From assembly GCA_013239625.1 (NCBI GenBank), contig MU054308.1:231356-295355 (forward strand): DNA of 64,000 nucleotides, in the 5' to 3' direction. Shown piece by piece: positions 1 through 11,568 of the stretch (its first letter is position 1; each line of letters starts with the position of its first letter). A model generated the notes under the pieces. The model made no database searches and was not told the origin of the DNA. It worked only from the letters and a program-made list of their open reading frames with translations. The DNA comes from Lama guanicoe. Lineage: Eukaryota. The position numbers and the translations under genes are program-made.

Positions 1-140
1 TGAACTGCAGGTACATGCAACGAAGTGGATGCATCATACACTCTATGTTAAATTGAAAAAGTAAGCCCAAGAAGGTAGCCTATAGTGTGCTAAGCTTTTA
101 ACTGTGTATATATATGTCAACTAAACTCACTAAATTAAGA
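1..140 (+). mobile_element. Old L1 (L1M-type) 3' fragment
   Basis: 'tgaactgcaggtacatgcaacgaagtggatg...tatgttaaattgaaaaag' resembles the L1M 3' consensus. Confidence 0.45.
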
Positions 141-149
141 ACAACTACA

Positions 150-1250
150 GCTAGAGTCCAGGTGGGAGAGGGACAGATAAAAGGTGAGGTGAGCAGATTT
201 GCTGCAGGTGAGCGAGTTCCTTTCCAGTAACATGTCATTCTCTCTGAAGCAGGAGGCAAGGCCATCTGCTGGGAGTCAGGGAAGAGACAGAGGGCAGCTA
301 AGAGGTGTGCAGAGAGCAGAGAATGTTTACACCACTGAGTGATAAGTGGGGAAATGTGTTCACTAGAGAAATCCTGGAGGATTGTCTGGCAGTGGCAACA
401 TGGTGGGCATTGATTTGTAGTCTTAGAAATCTGTGCTGGGAGAGCCTGCTGCCTGCAGGCTCAGAACAAATAGAGCTGGGTGAGCCGAGATGGAAGTCGT
501 CCTGGTGAGGAACTAAAAAGATCAAGGGTCAAGGGAGATTTGTTTGTCATAAAGAGAGTGCTGACTGTGGATGCAGAGCTGGAAGATGGGGAAGTGGTAG
601 TAAGAGGAACGTGGACAGGCAGGAAAGCAGAGGAGTCAGCACTTGATGCCCCAGTGAGGGTGAAGGAGGGCCAGGGAGACTGATGGAGAAGCAGCTGGAC
701 GGCTAGAGGTAGGCACTTAAAGGAGAGAGGCTGGAGCTGTGGTGGAGACACGCCCGGGTATGAGCCCGGGGGTAAGGTGAATGGGGGGTGACTGGCTCAG
801 GCTGACGGAGAAGACCCTAAAATGACCATACTGGGTGGTGGAGGGAGAATCAAGTTTGACGTCTTGATGGTAAGAGGTGAGGCAATACACAGCTGGTGGT
901 CCAGGTGATCCTGACTGAGGCAGATGAGCAGGGAGGCCAGGGTGGCAGGCAGTGCTAGGAAAGGATCTGGGTTTTCCAGGTGCTCCCAAGAGAGGAGGAG
1001 CAATGATCTGAAGGTGGAAAGTGAGCACAAGGAGGTCAACCCAGGCTCCTGATCAAACGGGGGTGTGTGAGGGGGCAAAGCGTCAACTCCAGAAATGGTT
1101 TCCCAGGAAGCAGGGACCACGGGTGAAGTGAGGGGACACTCAGAGAAGAGAGGGAGAAGATTCTTCAGGGTGTAGGGGGAAGAGAGGCCCCAGAACAATG
1201 AAGCACAGAGGCACAGTGATGAGGATTGACTAGCTGTATGATGACACTGC
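150..1250 (-). mobile_element. Ancient L2-like LINE remnant
   Basis: Long GA-rich degenerate stretch typical of reverse-oriented L2; no diagnostic motif confirmed. Confidence 0.35.
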
Positions 1251-1639
1251 AGAGATGGATGGATCTTTCTCCTGAGAGCTTAGGTTGGGGGGGCTACTGG
1301 CCTCATGAGGACTCCCCTCTCAGCAGCCTGGACAGACGCTACCGCTTCTGAGAGCTGTGTGGCTACCACTGTTCCCGGAGGGGCTCTGCCTCCATCTTCT
1401 CCTATCAGACATTCCTGCCCAGCCCCCAACCGCCAGTGAGGGAGCCTGGGCCTCTCAGCTGCTTCCCGTGGAGGGACACAGGCTCCTCGGAGAAGCAGGC
1501 TGATCTTTCTTTGCTCCATAACCCAGGGCCTAGCAAAGCGCCAGCCCATGCGTGGGCCATGCATGGGCTCGGATACTTACTAAACTCAAAGCTGTGGAAT
1601 ATCAGAGCTGGAGGAGGTGATGACTGAGCTCACAGAGTT

Positions 1640-1720
1640 CACTGCCCACACCCCCATTCTACAGATGAGGAAAGAGACCAAGCAGTGAAGCAGCCTTGGC
1701 CAAGGTCACACTGCTCTTAA
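1640..1720 (-). mobile_element. MIR SINE core
   Basis: 'cccccattctacagatgaggaaa...ccaaggtcacac' is the reverse-complement MIR core. Confidence 0.75.
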
Positions 1721-1754
1721 ATGCTGGCCTGTGTCAGGCATGCCAAGTGATGAG

Positions 1755-1970
1755 CTGCAGTGAAGGGGCTGAGAGGGGGCTCTGGGGCCAGACAGCTTGG
1801 GTTCAAGTCCCAGCTCTGCCATTTACTAGCCATGTGGTTAGTGAATGTCCTTACCTGTAAAGTGGAACTCATACTGGTGCCAACTCATTCTGTTGTCGTG
1901 AACACAGCGTTCCTGGAACAGCAGGACAGAGCTCTGTAAGGGTTTGCTGTTGCTTTGGTTGCTATTATTA
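1755..1970 (+). mobile_element. MIR SINE
   Basis: 'ggctctggggccagacagcttgggttcaagtcccagctctgccatttactagc' matches the MIR 5' half. Confidence 0.8.
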
Positions 1971-3009
1971 TCACCGAGTGAACCCTGAAATGAAGAACAA
2001 AGGCAGCAAGAATTTTTATTTTAAAGGATTTTAAAATCCTCTGATGAATGTTACATATATTCAAGTTTGCATTTGACCTTTATTAACAACTACACAATGG
2101 ATGACTTTTGAGGCAATCTTGCTTCATGTCTTTAACTCTCACTAACGACACAGGCTATTTAACAGGCAGCAGTTTTTTTTTTCCAGGAAGAGGGGCAAAA
2201 ATTTAAAAATAACTCAGTGACTCTCAGTCCCCAGTGAGGTGTTTGTGACATGTCAACCCAGCTTTGGGGAAGTGCCCGCTCCCCCTGGGCTAGATGCACT
2301 GCCCCGGCGGCCTCCAGGGGGCGCTGTACCCCCACACTATTCCAGCCTCTTGGTTCATATCTTTGCTCTAGATTCCTCAAGGGCTGCCCATGCCCTAGGG
2401 CCCCATCTGCCCCGCCAGCCTCGCCTGCTGGACTCCAGGACACATCTTGGTTCTCAACAATCCTCTCTTCCTATGCCGCCCCACTACTCTTCACTTTGTC
2501 CTTCAAGTGAGGGCTCCTGTGGCTCGCCACACAGCAGGGTTCCCCCAGTCCTCCACCTCGGGTAACTGCAACGTCCTGCACGGTGCCTAGCGAACCCATG
2601 TGGAGGCAGGAAGAATACAGAACAAAAGGTGCTCAGAGGGGCTGCCTTTCTCACTTCAGGAGCCCTGGAGAGCTTTCTCCTGGCTGGTTATTCACAGGCG
2701 CTGAAGCTGTGGAATCTCGATCTCACCAATTTAAAGGGCATCATCATTAATTACAAAAGCAATAATTTCTTCAGTAGCAAAAGGAGAAAAGACTTTGTGA
2801 TCCCCACCTCCAACTTTTTTCCTCCAACTTCATGTTTCTCATCTCTGGGCAAGGGTAGAAAGCAACTCACAGTGTATTATTTTTCAATGTTTTTTCCCAC
2901 TCTGAAGACTGCTTTCCCAGAACCGATGAAGGATAGAATGGTTTAGCTTTCCTGGGCTGAGGATTCAGAGGCATGGGAGGGAGGGAGGAGGGGAGATAAC
3001 TCACCAATA

Positions 3010-4600
3010 TTGAACCTAACAGAGACATTACAAGGTTCTATTGTAAACAGAAAGGAAGCAGGATGCTATAGAAACAGGAAACCCATAGTTGGAAATGCAA
3101 AAACGAGTTACAAGAGAATAAACATGAAGATGTAAAAAAGAAAAGCACATCAAAATAGAAAAAGGTGGGAATGGGAGAGGGGAGCAAGAAAATATAGATT
3201 TTTTCTTTCTTTTTTTTTCTTCATTATTCTTAGGATGTACTGAAGCCTACGTGATTATCAGTCTAAAGGAAATAGGTATAGTAATGGGTTGATATAGTTG
3301 AAAAATAAGGTAACCACAAATCAAAAGCATACAATAGAGTTGCAAAAAACCAAAAAGAATCAAACTCAAAATGGCTTAAAGGCTTAAACATTAGACAAGA
3401 CACTATAAACTTCTCACAAGAAAACATAATCAAAATATTATTTGACATACATATAAGCAATGTTTTCCTAGGGAAATCTAAGCAACCAAAGCAACAGAAA
3501 TAAAAGCCAAAATAAACAAATGAGACCTAATTAAACGTATAAACTTTTGCACAGCAATGGAAACCATAAGCAAAACTAAAAGACAACATATGGAGTGGGA
3601 GAAAATATTTGCAAAAGATGAGACTGAACATGGCTTAATTTCTAGACTATATAAATAGTTCATACAACTTAATAAGAAAAAAAATAAACAACCAAATCCA
3701 AAAATGGGCAGAACAACTAAACAAGCAATTCTCCAATGAAGATACACAAATGGCCAATAGGCATATAAAAATAATGCTCAGTATCGCTCAATTATCAGAG
3801 AAATGCAGCTCAAAACTCCAATAAGTTATCATCTCACACCTCTCAGAATGGCCATCATTCAAAAGTCCACAAACCATAAATGCTGGAGAGGCTGTGGAGA
3901 AAAAGAAACCCTCCAACATTGTTGGTGGGAATGTAGTTTGGTGCAGCCACTGTGGAAAACAGTATGGAGATTCCTCAAAAGACAAAAAAAAAAAAAAAAA
4001 AGACTTATCACCTAATCCAACAATCCCACTCCTGGGCATATATCCAGAGGGAACCTTCATTCCAAAAGATACCTGCACCCCAATGTTCACAGGAGCACTG
4101 TTTACAATGGCCAAGACATAGAAGCAACCTAAACGTCCACTGACAGATGACTGGATAAAGATATGGTATTTAGATATAACAGAATATTACTCAGTCATAA
4201 CAAAGAAGGAAATAAGGCCATTTACAGAAACTTGGATGGAACTGGAGATTATCTCACTAAGTGAAATAAGTCAGACAAAGACAAGTAAGATATGATATCA
4301 TTTATATGTGGAATTTTAAAAAAATGATACAAATGAACTTATTTATAAAACAAAACAGACTCACAGACTTATAAACCAAACTTAGGAGTTTGGGATCAAC
4401 AGATACAAATTACTATATGTAAAACAGACAAACGACAAGGATTCACTGTAGAACACAGGGAACAATATTCAGTATCTTGCAACCTATAATGGAAAAGAAC
4501 CTGAAAAAGAATAGACTATGTATATGTACAACTGAATCACTATGCTGTATACCTGAAACTAGCAAAACATTGTAAATCAACCACATTTCAATTTAAAAAA
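3010..4600 (+). mobile_element. L1 LINE, truncated and internally deleted (ORF2 C-terminus + 3'UTR, preceded by an inter-ORF-like segment)
   Basis: ORF 3803-4015 [50 protein letters not shown] is the L1 ORF2 Cys-rich domain; IPLLGIYP follows; L1 3'UTR ends A-rich at ~4600. Confidence 0.95.
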
Positions 4601-5069
4601 TATTGATAAGCACTAAATACCTTTATTCAAAGAAAATCTTGAACACTTCCCTCTTACAAAACTTAAAATGGGTAGCTTGAGCAGGACCAAATTATACTGT
4701 ATGGGCAGTTACATATCTTCCCCAGCACGTGGCCCATGCTACACACACATCGTGTTTTCCTACAGGTAAGAACAGCCCTGACTGCTCAGGGAGCGAGTCC
4801 TTCTGGGACAGGCCACTGTGGCAGTGGCCTCCTTGTCACAGCTCCATTTCACCAGGAGGCCAGGGTTTTCACAGGTGAGGGGACATAGAGCTCACACATT
4901 TCAAATTGATTTCCCGAAAAAACTATGGAAAAACCAAATTCACCTGCAGTGTGGGAAACATGAGCAGGGCCCCTAAGCAGACCGACAAGCCCAAAGTAAG
5001 ATGGCCCGATGTTCAGATCGGAACCAGAACAACGACCACCTGGCCCCAGTTAAATGACCACCACCTCAC

Positions 5070-5320
5070 CTGCAATGAACTGCTCATACTCAATGTCAGG
5101 GATGTTTCTGTTGAGACGTGGGAGGTCAAAGGAGTCGGACCAGGGAATCCAGACCTGGTTGATGTCGGGGCTCTGCCAGTGGTAGAGTTGGCCCCAAGGG
5201 GATAGCACCAGTACCGGCTCCTCCATCTTCAGCAGGGTCTTCAGGAGGAAGGCAATGTGGATGCAGACGTTCCTACGGAGGCTGAAGCCCTTTGTAGGGT
5301 TGAAGTCACACAGAAGGTAC
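5070..5320 (-). pseudogene. POFUT2: POFUT2 unprocessed pseudogene, exon 2 (251 nt)
   Basis: [83 protein letters not shown] aligns to recalled human [83 protein letters not shown]; acceptor tccctgccag| and donor |gtgagg; many non-conservative changes. Confidence 0.93.
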
Positions 5321-5584
5321 CTGGCAGGGAGCAAAGGAGAGTGGGTCTTCAGGGCCAGGACTCTGCACAGGAATTCCTGCTTAGAAGAGATATAACGGGA
5401 ATCCCTGCACAGCCCATGGCCTAGACTCCAGACACATTCATCAGCTTCTGGTTTGTAAAGTGGAGGCACTGCCCACCCATCTCCATGTGGCCAATTACTT
5501 CAAGTCCGGGAGCAGTTGCAGAAGACATCTTGGCATCCGTCTAACACCACTAAGCACCTGACTAGCACCTGAGCACCCGTTCTC

Positions 5585-6056
5585 CAGGGGCTCTCAAACT
5601 TCTTGTTCTACAGGACCCTATACACTCTTAACAATTACTGAGAACTCCAAAAAGCTGCTATTTATGTGAGTTAAACCTATCAATATTTCCTGTGTTAGAG
5701 GTTGAATAAGAAGTTAGAAAAAGTGTATGAATTCACTTAAAAATACTAACAACCTACTGTATGTTACCATTAATACTCTTAAACAAAATATAATTCTATT
5801 TTTCAAAACAAAAATCATTAGTGAGAAGAATAGCAGTGATTTTAAATTCTGCAAATCTCTTTTGGACTGGTGAGAGCTGAATTCTCCTATCTGCCTCTGC
5901 ATTCCCTGTTTTGTGATATCACAGGACAGGTTTTCCCTGGAAAACCCCACAGGAACTCGGGAGAGCAAGAGTGTGCAAAAGGCAGGTAACATCCCAGCGT
6001 TTCTATGAAAATGATCTTGCACCTCAGGGGCCTTGGATACAGTTTGATAACTGCTG
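5585..6056. mobile_element. Non-autonomous hAT-Charlie DNA transposon
   Basis: Terminal inverted repeats CAGgGGcTCTCAAAC...GTTTGAtAACtgCTG with Charlie-like interior. Confidence 0.75.
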
Positions 6057-6711
6057 TCCTAACCAAGGTGAGACTCTTCTACACAAGAGCCAGGAAAGGG
6101 TCCTGGATTCTGTAATGAGTTACTGCCACCACACCCCTCCCTTCTCTGTGTGTTTCTCACAACCTCCATTACTGCAGATGAGGATGTAATCCTCAGTTGG
6201 GTCCTCTAATCCCAGAAGACTGCTAACTTCAAGAGAGAGTGTCCCATCTACCATCCCTACACCCCGCATAGTTTATTTTGGGTCAAGCCCTAGATAACTG
6301 CTTATCGGCACTAACCCTTGTGTCTTATTCCTGAGGTTGACTGAAGGAACCAACATCTGGATGGAACTGAAATTTCCCTGCAGATAAAAAAGGCTGATAA
6401 AAAACCCCATTCCAACATCTGATTCTGGGGCTCTTTAAAACCTGGGTAAGGCCCCACTTCATCTAAGATGGGTCCTCCGCCTGCCCTTCCCAGGGGGTTC
6501 TGGGAGGCAGCGGACACCAAGGGCGACCCAGGCTCGTGGCCCCAGCCCCAGGGCCTGAGGGGGAGGAAAGCTTGAGGCTGTGCCCAAGCCCTGCCCCGCC
6601 CCGCCCCAACACGCTCCCTGGCGCCACAGCCTTCCCCGGCCATCACCACAACCCCGATCCCACCCCGGATCATGTCCACCGGCCCCGCCGACGGCGCGGA
6701 CGTACGTTTAC

Positions 6712-6810
6712 CGTCTGTGGGACGCAGCCCAGACAGGATGTCAGCCGCCGACTGACCAGGACAGAACTAGTCGCCCAGCCAAGCAAGCCATAATCCCCAG
6801 CAGCAAGCAC
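6712..6810 (-). pseudogene. POFUT2: POFUT2 pseudogene exon 1 remnant
   Basis: Minus strand reads LLLG...*FCPGQSAADILSG(frameshift)ASHR|gtaaac versus human LLLG...EFWPGQSAADILSGAASRR; TAG at 6767-6769 replaces E; 1-nt deletion; start codon not recognisable. Confidence 0.85.
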
Positions 6811-6894
6811 CGCCTGGTCCCTGGCAGCTACACACTCCCGGAGCCCGCTCCCCAACCCAGAAGTGCACGCCAGCCCGCGCGGAGCGCGGCGCCT

Positions 6895-6908
6895 GTAACC
6901 ATGGCAAC
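6895..6908. promoter_or_regulatory. RFX X-box
   Basis: GTAACCATGGCAAC, near-palindromic match to the RFX consensus GTNRCC(N0-3)RGYAAC. Confidence 0.7.
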
Positions 6909-8929
6909 GCAGCGGGGCCCTCCCCTAGCGTTTGCGTCATGTGTCCTCCCTAGTCTAGATGTGCGATGGCAGAACTTGAGGGACCAATGGGAAATGGGAG
7001 GCACGGCCAGGACGGGGGTGGGGGGAGGCTTATGGGACAGCTGGGCTGGGCTGTGGCGGGCGGGGCCGCGCGGAAGTCCTGACCTGCAGGTGGCGCCGGC
7101 CGGAGGCTGGGGCGGTGCTGCCACCAGTGGGCGGGGCAGCGGGGCAGCGGGGCAGCGGGGTACCATCACCTGTCCATGTGCGGGGCTCAGCCTGGGCTCA
7201 GCGGCCTCCGCTTGCACCGGTCGTGGACCCAGGCTACCGGTGGATAAGATAGATGACTGAGCCCAGGCACGCACAGCTGGCCAGTTTGGGCACCTGAAGT
7301 GCAGATCCGCCAGGCCTGCTGCCGGCCTTGAGTTCGCGCTTCTGGGCAGTATCCAAGAAGACAGAGTCTGTCCCAAGACGGGAGGTAGGGCAGGGGTGCC
7401 AGATGCCGTGTTGGGTGCAATCTTACAGGACAGCCACGGTGAGAGGGCGCAGAGAGGCCCCTGTGTTGGCGGGGCTAACAGTTTGGGGTATAGGGTGGGG
7501 GTGGTGTGTGCCATGCTCTGTGGTCTCCCCAGGAACCCTCACTCCAGAGCAAGGGGTTCTACTCCCTCCACCCCTCACTGCACTCCCTGCCTTCCCCATC
7601 ACCACCTGGGGTGTGGTCATGTTGGGGCAGGGAAGGACCAGGTAAGGGGCTCATTCAGGGGCAGGGGCCACTCTGCAGGGATGCTGGACCTGACAGCGAT
7701 GCGGTGTTTCAAAACTCTCCTGGGCTGGGTTTCTAACCAGTGGGATGGATGGGCCTCTCCTTCCTGGGGTGCAGTTGGGGGAACTAGATCCATCATGAAT
7801 GTCAGCCCTGAAAATGGAGGCTGCACTACATCCATTCCTAGAACGGAAAATCAGGCCCCTCCAGCCCAGGTGACTCAGAAAGTCATACAGCAATGTTCAG
7901 AGTCCCCAGTTTAGGCTTTGAATTAGAGCTGAGTGACTCAGGAGGCCAGATCCCTGTCCGTGGCTTTCTGCTGGGGCACAGGATCCTCACAAATACCTGT
8001 GTCTTTGTGGGTCACTCCCCTCTGACAAGCTGGGAGGCAGGGTGCAGTTGTGGGGAATCGTGTTTCCATGAGGAGAGGGCCACAAAGTGGTGGGGGCACA
8101 GGAGACAGTGAGAAAGAGTCCCACAGCCTTTCTGGAATCAAAAAACTGGCAAATGTGAAAAAGTGCATAATTTGTTTTATTGAACAGGCTGCTTATGTAC
8201 GTTTGGAGGGCCAGGTTCAAGGACCCTGCATCCCTCCAGGAGCATCAAGAGAAGAACAGACAGAGCAGGAGGTGATCTGGGGTTTCTCCCAGGAATGAGG
8301 CGGAACAGGGATTTCTGCAGATTTGCAAGGAGTCCCAGACCACTGAGCACGGGGTTACAACCCCACTTGACCCCTATCGTGTTTGGCTTGGGCTCTGGGT
8401 CTGGCCTGCTCATCTATTCTTCCAGCTGTGTTCCAGAAACTCAGAGGGTAGACTTAGAGAGGCTGCGTTTGGAACCCGGTGTGGAAACGGAGGGTCCTTT
8501 ATCCTGAGTCCCCTCAGCCTAATCACTGTAGCTGAGTTCCAACACTACCCAGGCCTCACGTGGAGGGAGAGCAAGCCTGGAAGGTGACCCAGGGGTCCCA
8601 CTGCTGTGCCCCTCCCTTATCTTTGTTCCCTTTCACCCCAGAAGGTGTGATTGTCTCATGTCATGGTGACAAGCCATCTCTCTTCTCTGGTCATTGGAGT
8701 CCCCAACCCCGCTCAGCCTTCTCTCTACATGGATGCTGAAGGACCAGGCTCACTTGAAGTTCTGAGCTTGAGCAGTAAGGTGGAAACAAAGAAACCAATG
8801 GAAAAAAAGAAACAAGTCATTGTGGCAAAGCTCCCCACCACAGAGAAGCTGCCCTGAGTGGAAGGGAGGGTGTGGGCATGCCCATTTGTTTCCTGTCTCC
8901 CAGTGCTCTTTGCTTTCTTATTGCAGACC

Positions 8930-9010
8930 TGCATGGTTACAACAAAATGATCTGCAAAACTGAAAATATTTACTCTCTGGCTTTTACAGAAAAGGCTCAC
9001 CAGCCTCTGG
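8930..9010. mobile_element. MER58-like hAT fragment
   Basis: 'gcaaaactgaaaatatttactctctggcttttacagaaaa' matches a MER58 end. Confidence 0.6.
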
Positions 9011-10424
9011 TTCCCGTTCTGGTCAAGTGATTAGAGTACCTTTCCAGTTTGGAAACATCTGGGCAGGCCCAGGTTTGCAAAATTCTTTAAGAGTAGTTAC
9101 GGAGTTTTGCTTCTAAACTTTTTTACGGCTGTATACTTCTGAGCTGAGGTTGTGCTGTGTAATTCTGAGCCGGGATTTTCTCAAACTGTTTCTCATTTCT
9201 TATACCGGACACCCCTAAATTCCATGGCGAATGGGATGTTAAGGAAGCCATGGAGTTTAGAAAAAAGGTACAGATTTCGTTTCCATTTAAGCATCGATGT
9301 ATCTCCATCCTAGGCAGTATCGGTTCTGTGGTATTGATAGGGGAACTAAATAGCAACCAAATTTATAGAAAATAGTGGGTCATTGGGTACACAAGTTCTT
9401 CTTTTCAAAATTTTTTTTAATGTTTGCAGTTTAAGATGACCATTCCTGAGAAACAGGCAGCCTCTTAGAATGAAGTAGCATTTTCCCTGAACTATACATA
9501 ATTTTTATTTCATAGACAGCAGGAAGGGCAATCACACATCCAACCCTTGGGGACCTCAAAGATAAAATGTAACTTTCTGAGAGCACACTCCCCCCATCTC
9601 CCCCTGCTCTTTTCACTGTCCCATTGTCCCTGAAGGCTGTTTGATATCTTCTGCTCATTACTCCAGTAACTCTTCCTCCTCGTTCCTCAGCTGGTAAGTT
9701 TACTTTTCTACTTTGACCAGGCAAACTGAAGCCAACAGAAGAGAACTTCCACCAGCAACTCCCAGCACATACGCTCACCTTCTGGTGTCTGTGACCTCAC
9801 TCTCGCTGCCCTACCTCTTATTACAGGTGACATCGAAAGCCAGATCATCCAAAAGTCGCCAGGGGGCCCATCCATCCAATCTTCTCTGGGCAGTCACTCA
9901 CACATCCATCCTCTCTGTCACTACCTCATCTATTTTGTTCTCCTGCTAGTTGGCTCCTATCAGTATATAAAAGTCCATCCTCTTAAAAGAAACAAACAGC
10001 ACTTATTGACCCTAATTCGCCCTTACCAATTGCCACCCCATGTCTTTGCAGCAAATCTTTAATGAGTAGTTTAAACTCACTGTCTGCATATTCTCTTGAG
10101 CCATCCCCTTTTGCACCCACTCTGGCTTTTCCCCTGATCCCTCACTCTATGGAAAATGCTCTGTCAAGGCCATCAATGACCCCACGTTGTTAAATATAGT
10201 GGTCAGATTTTAGTCTTCATCATACGTGGCCCTTTGGCAGCATTTGACCCAGCTGTTCCATCCCTCCTCCCCCGTGTTCCTGCTTTACTTGGCCTCCAGC
10301 CCATCGCTCTGCTTTCGATCCACTGGCTGGTCTTTTGCCAACATGTCCTCTTTTTCCAAACATTTACTGCGAATGTGCCCCAGAGTTGGGTCCTGGTTCT
10401 CTCCTCTATCTCTCTGCTATACCT

Positions 10425-11048
10425 TTGGTGGAAGCAACCAGACTTGGAAATTGACATGCCATCAATTTCTCGATTCGTCCAAAACTCCCTGATTGGTCCT
10501 TTCCATTCGGAACTCTCTCCCTGATACTCATATTCTTTTTCTTTCATTCATCTTGCTTTCACATTCATACATATGTTTTACTGTGAAAATTACTTTTCCA
10601 AATTTTGAATCAGTCCATACATATCATGTAAAATGCTCAGATCTCTATTATTTCCACTAAGATGCTTATTCTACCTTAGTACCTTACTGCATTTCTGTAT
10701 TTATGTCAATAAAGTGAATAGTATTTCTAAAAGCCTCATAGTAAAACAGTGTGTTTGTTTGGGGCTGTTATGTAACATGAAATAATGATACATCAACATA
10801 GTCCTTTTTCATTTAATTTTATGTAGCACCAAGATGAGGTTTTTGCACTGAAGACTGGTTTTATTGAAATTTTACCTACGTTATGGACAGTCAGTTTATG
10901 TGAAAGCCCTCATTTCTCCCCTTTTCTGATATATTTTCCATTTGGCTATTATAACATATAGCTTGGCATGAAATAAAATTCCAAATTCTTTCACATAATA
11001 AAATTAATACATTTAAATTATATTTTTTAATGTTAAAAAGAAAGAAAA
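10425..11048 (+). pseudogene. Probable 5'-truncated processed retrocopy (mostly 3'UTR) of an unidentified gene
   Basis: AT-rich insert breaking the L2; AATAAA signals (~10972, ~10997); A-rich tail; flanking repeat ATACCT at 10419-10424 and 11049-11054. Confidence 0.5.
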
Positions 11049-11249
11049 ATACCTCAGACTCCTCTACGTATTAGGCATTTCTGTGGCAATATCTAATAGA
11101 CTCCTTAACCATAACATTGAAGAACTGAGCTGATTCCAACCCCTTTCCACCTGTTCAGCCCCATCTTGTCCCATCCCCTGTGGATGGAGAAGACATCCAT
11201 CCAGTTTTCCAGGTCCAGATGTTGGAACCATGTTCTTTCTCTTTCTCTT

Positions 11250-11272
11250 ACACACACACACACACACACACA
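11250..11272. repeat. (CA)n microsatellite
   Basis: Direct observation. Confidence 0.95.
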
Positions 11273-11453
11273 GCAAATCCAGCTTGTTAGAAAATTCTGG
11301 CTACTCTGTCTTCATTAACCACCTACTCCCTGTTTCCCACCCTCGTAGGAGCCACCTTCAGCCCCTTCTTGAACACCAAATAGCCTCCTTCTTCCATCTT
11401 TGCTTTCCTACTATCTCATCCACACAGAGTCAGAGCCTATAAAAGCATACATT

Positions 11454-11568
11454 GAGGGGGTGGGTGTAGCTCAGTGATAGAGCCCATGCTTAGCATGCAT
11501 GAGATCCTGGGTTCAAACCACAGCACCTTCACTAAAATAAATTACCCTCCCCCCCAAAAAAACAAAAC
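11454..11568 (+). mobile_element. tRNA-derived SINE (camelid Vic-1-like)
   Basis: A box tagctcagtgatag, B box ggttcaaacc, A-rich tail; 13-bp TSD aaaagcata(c/a)att at 11441-11453 and 11569-11581. Confidence 0.85.

Larger units (their letters stand above)
6480..7400. promoter_or_regulatory. CpG island, likely bidirectional promoter
   Basis: CpG-dense; GC boxes; ETS-like GCGGAAGT ~7070; contains POFUT2 exon 1 on - strand and + strand donors GAG|gtaggg (7384) and CAG|gtaagg (7641). Confidence 0.75.

Noticed and set aside
2530..2600. POFUT2 exon 3 remnant
   Set aside because: Only a short, gapped nucleotide resemblance with no convincing translation.
6580..7514. Long ORFs (226 and 228 aa)
   Set aside because: Overlapping Pro/Ala/Gly-rich frames in a CpG island with no recognisable homology; expected from stop-codon scarcity.
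11454..11530. tRNA gene
   Set aside because: Pol III boxes are followed by a SINE body, A-tail and TSD; related copies recur in the window.
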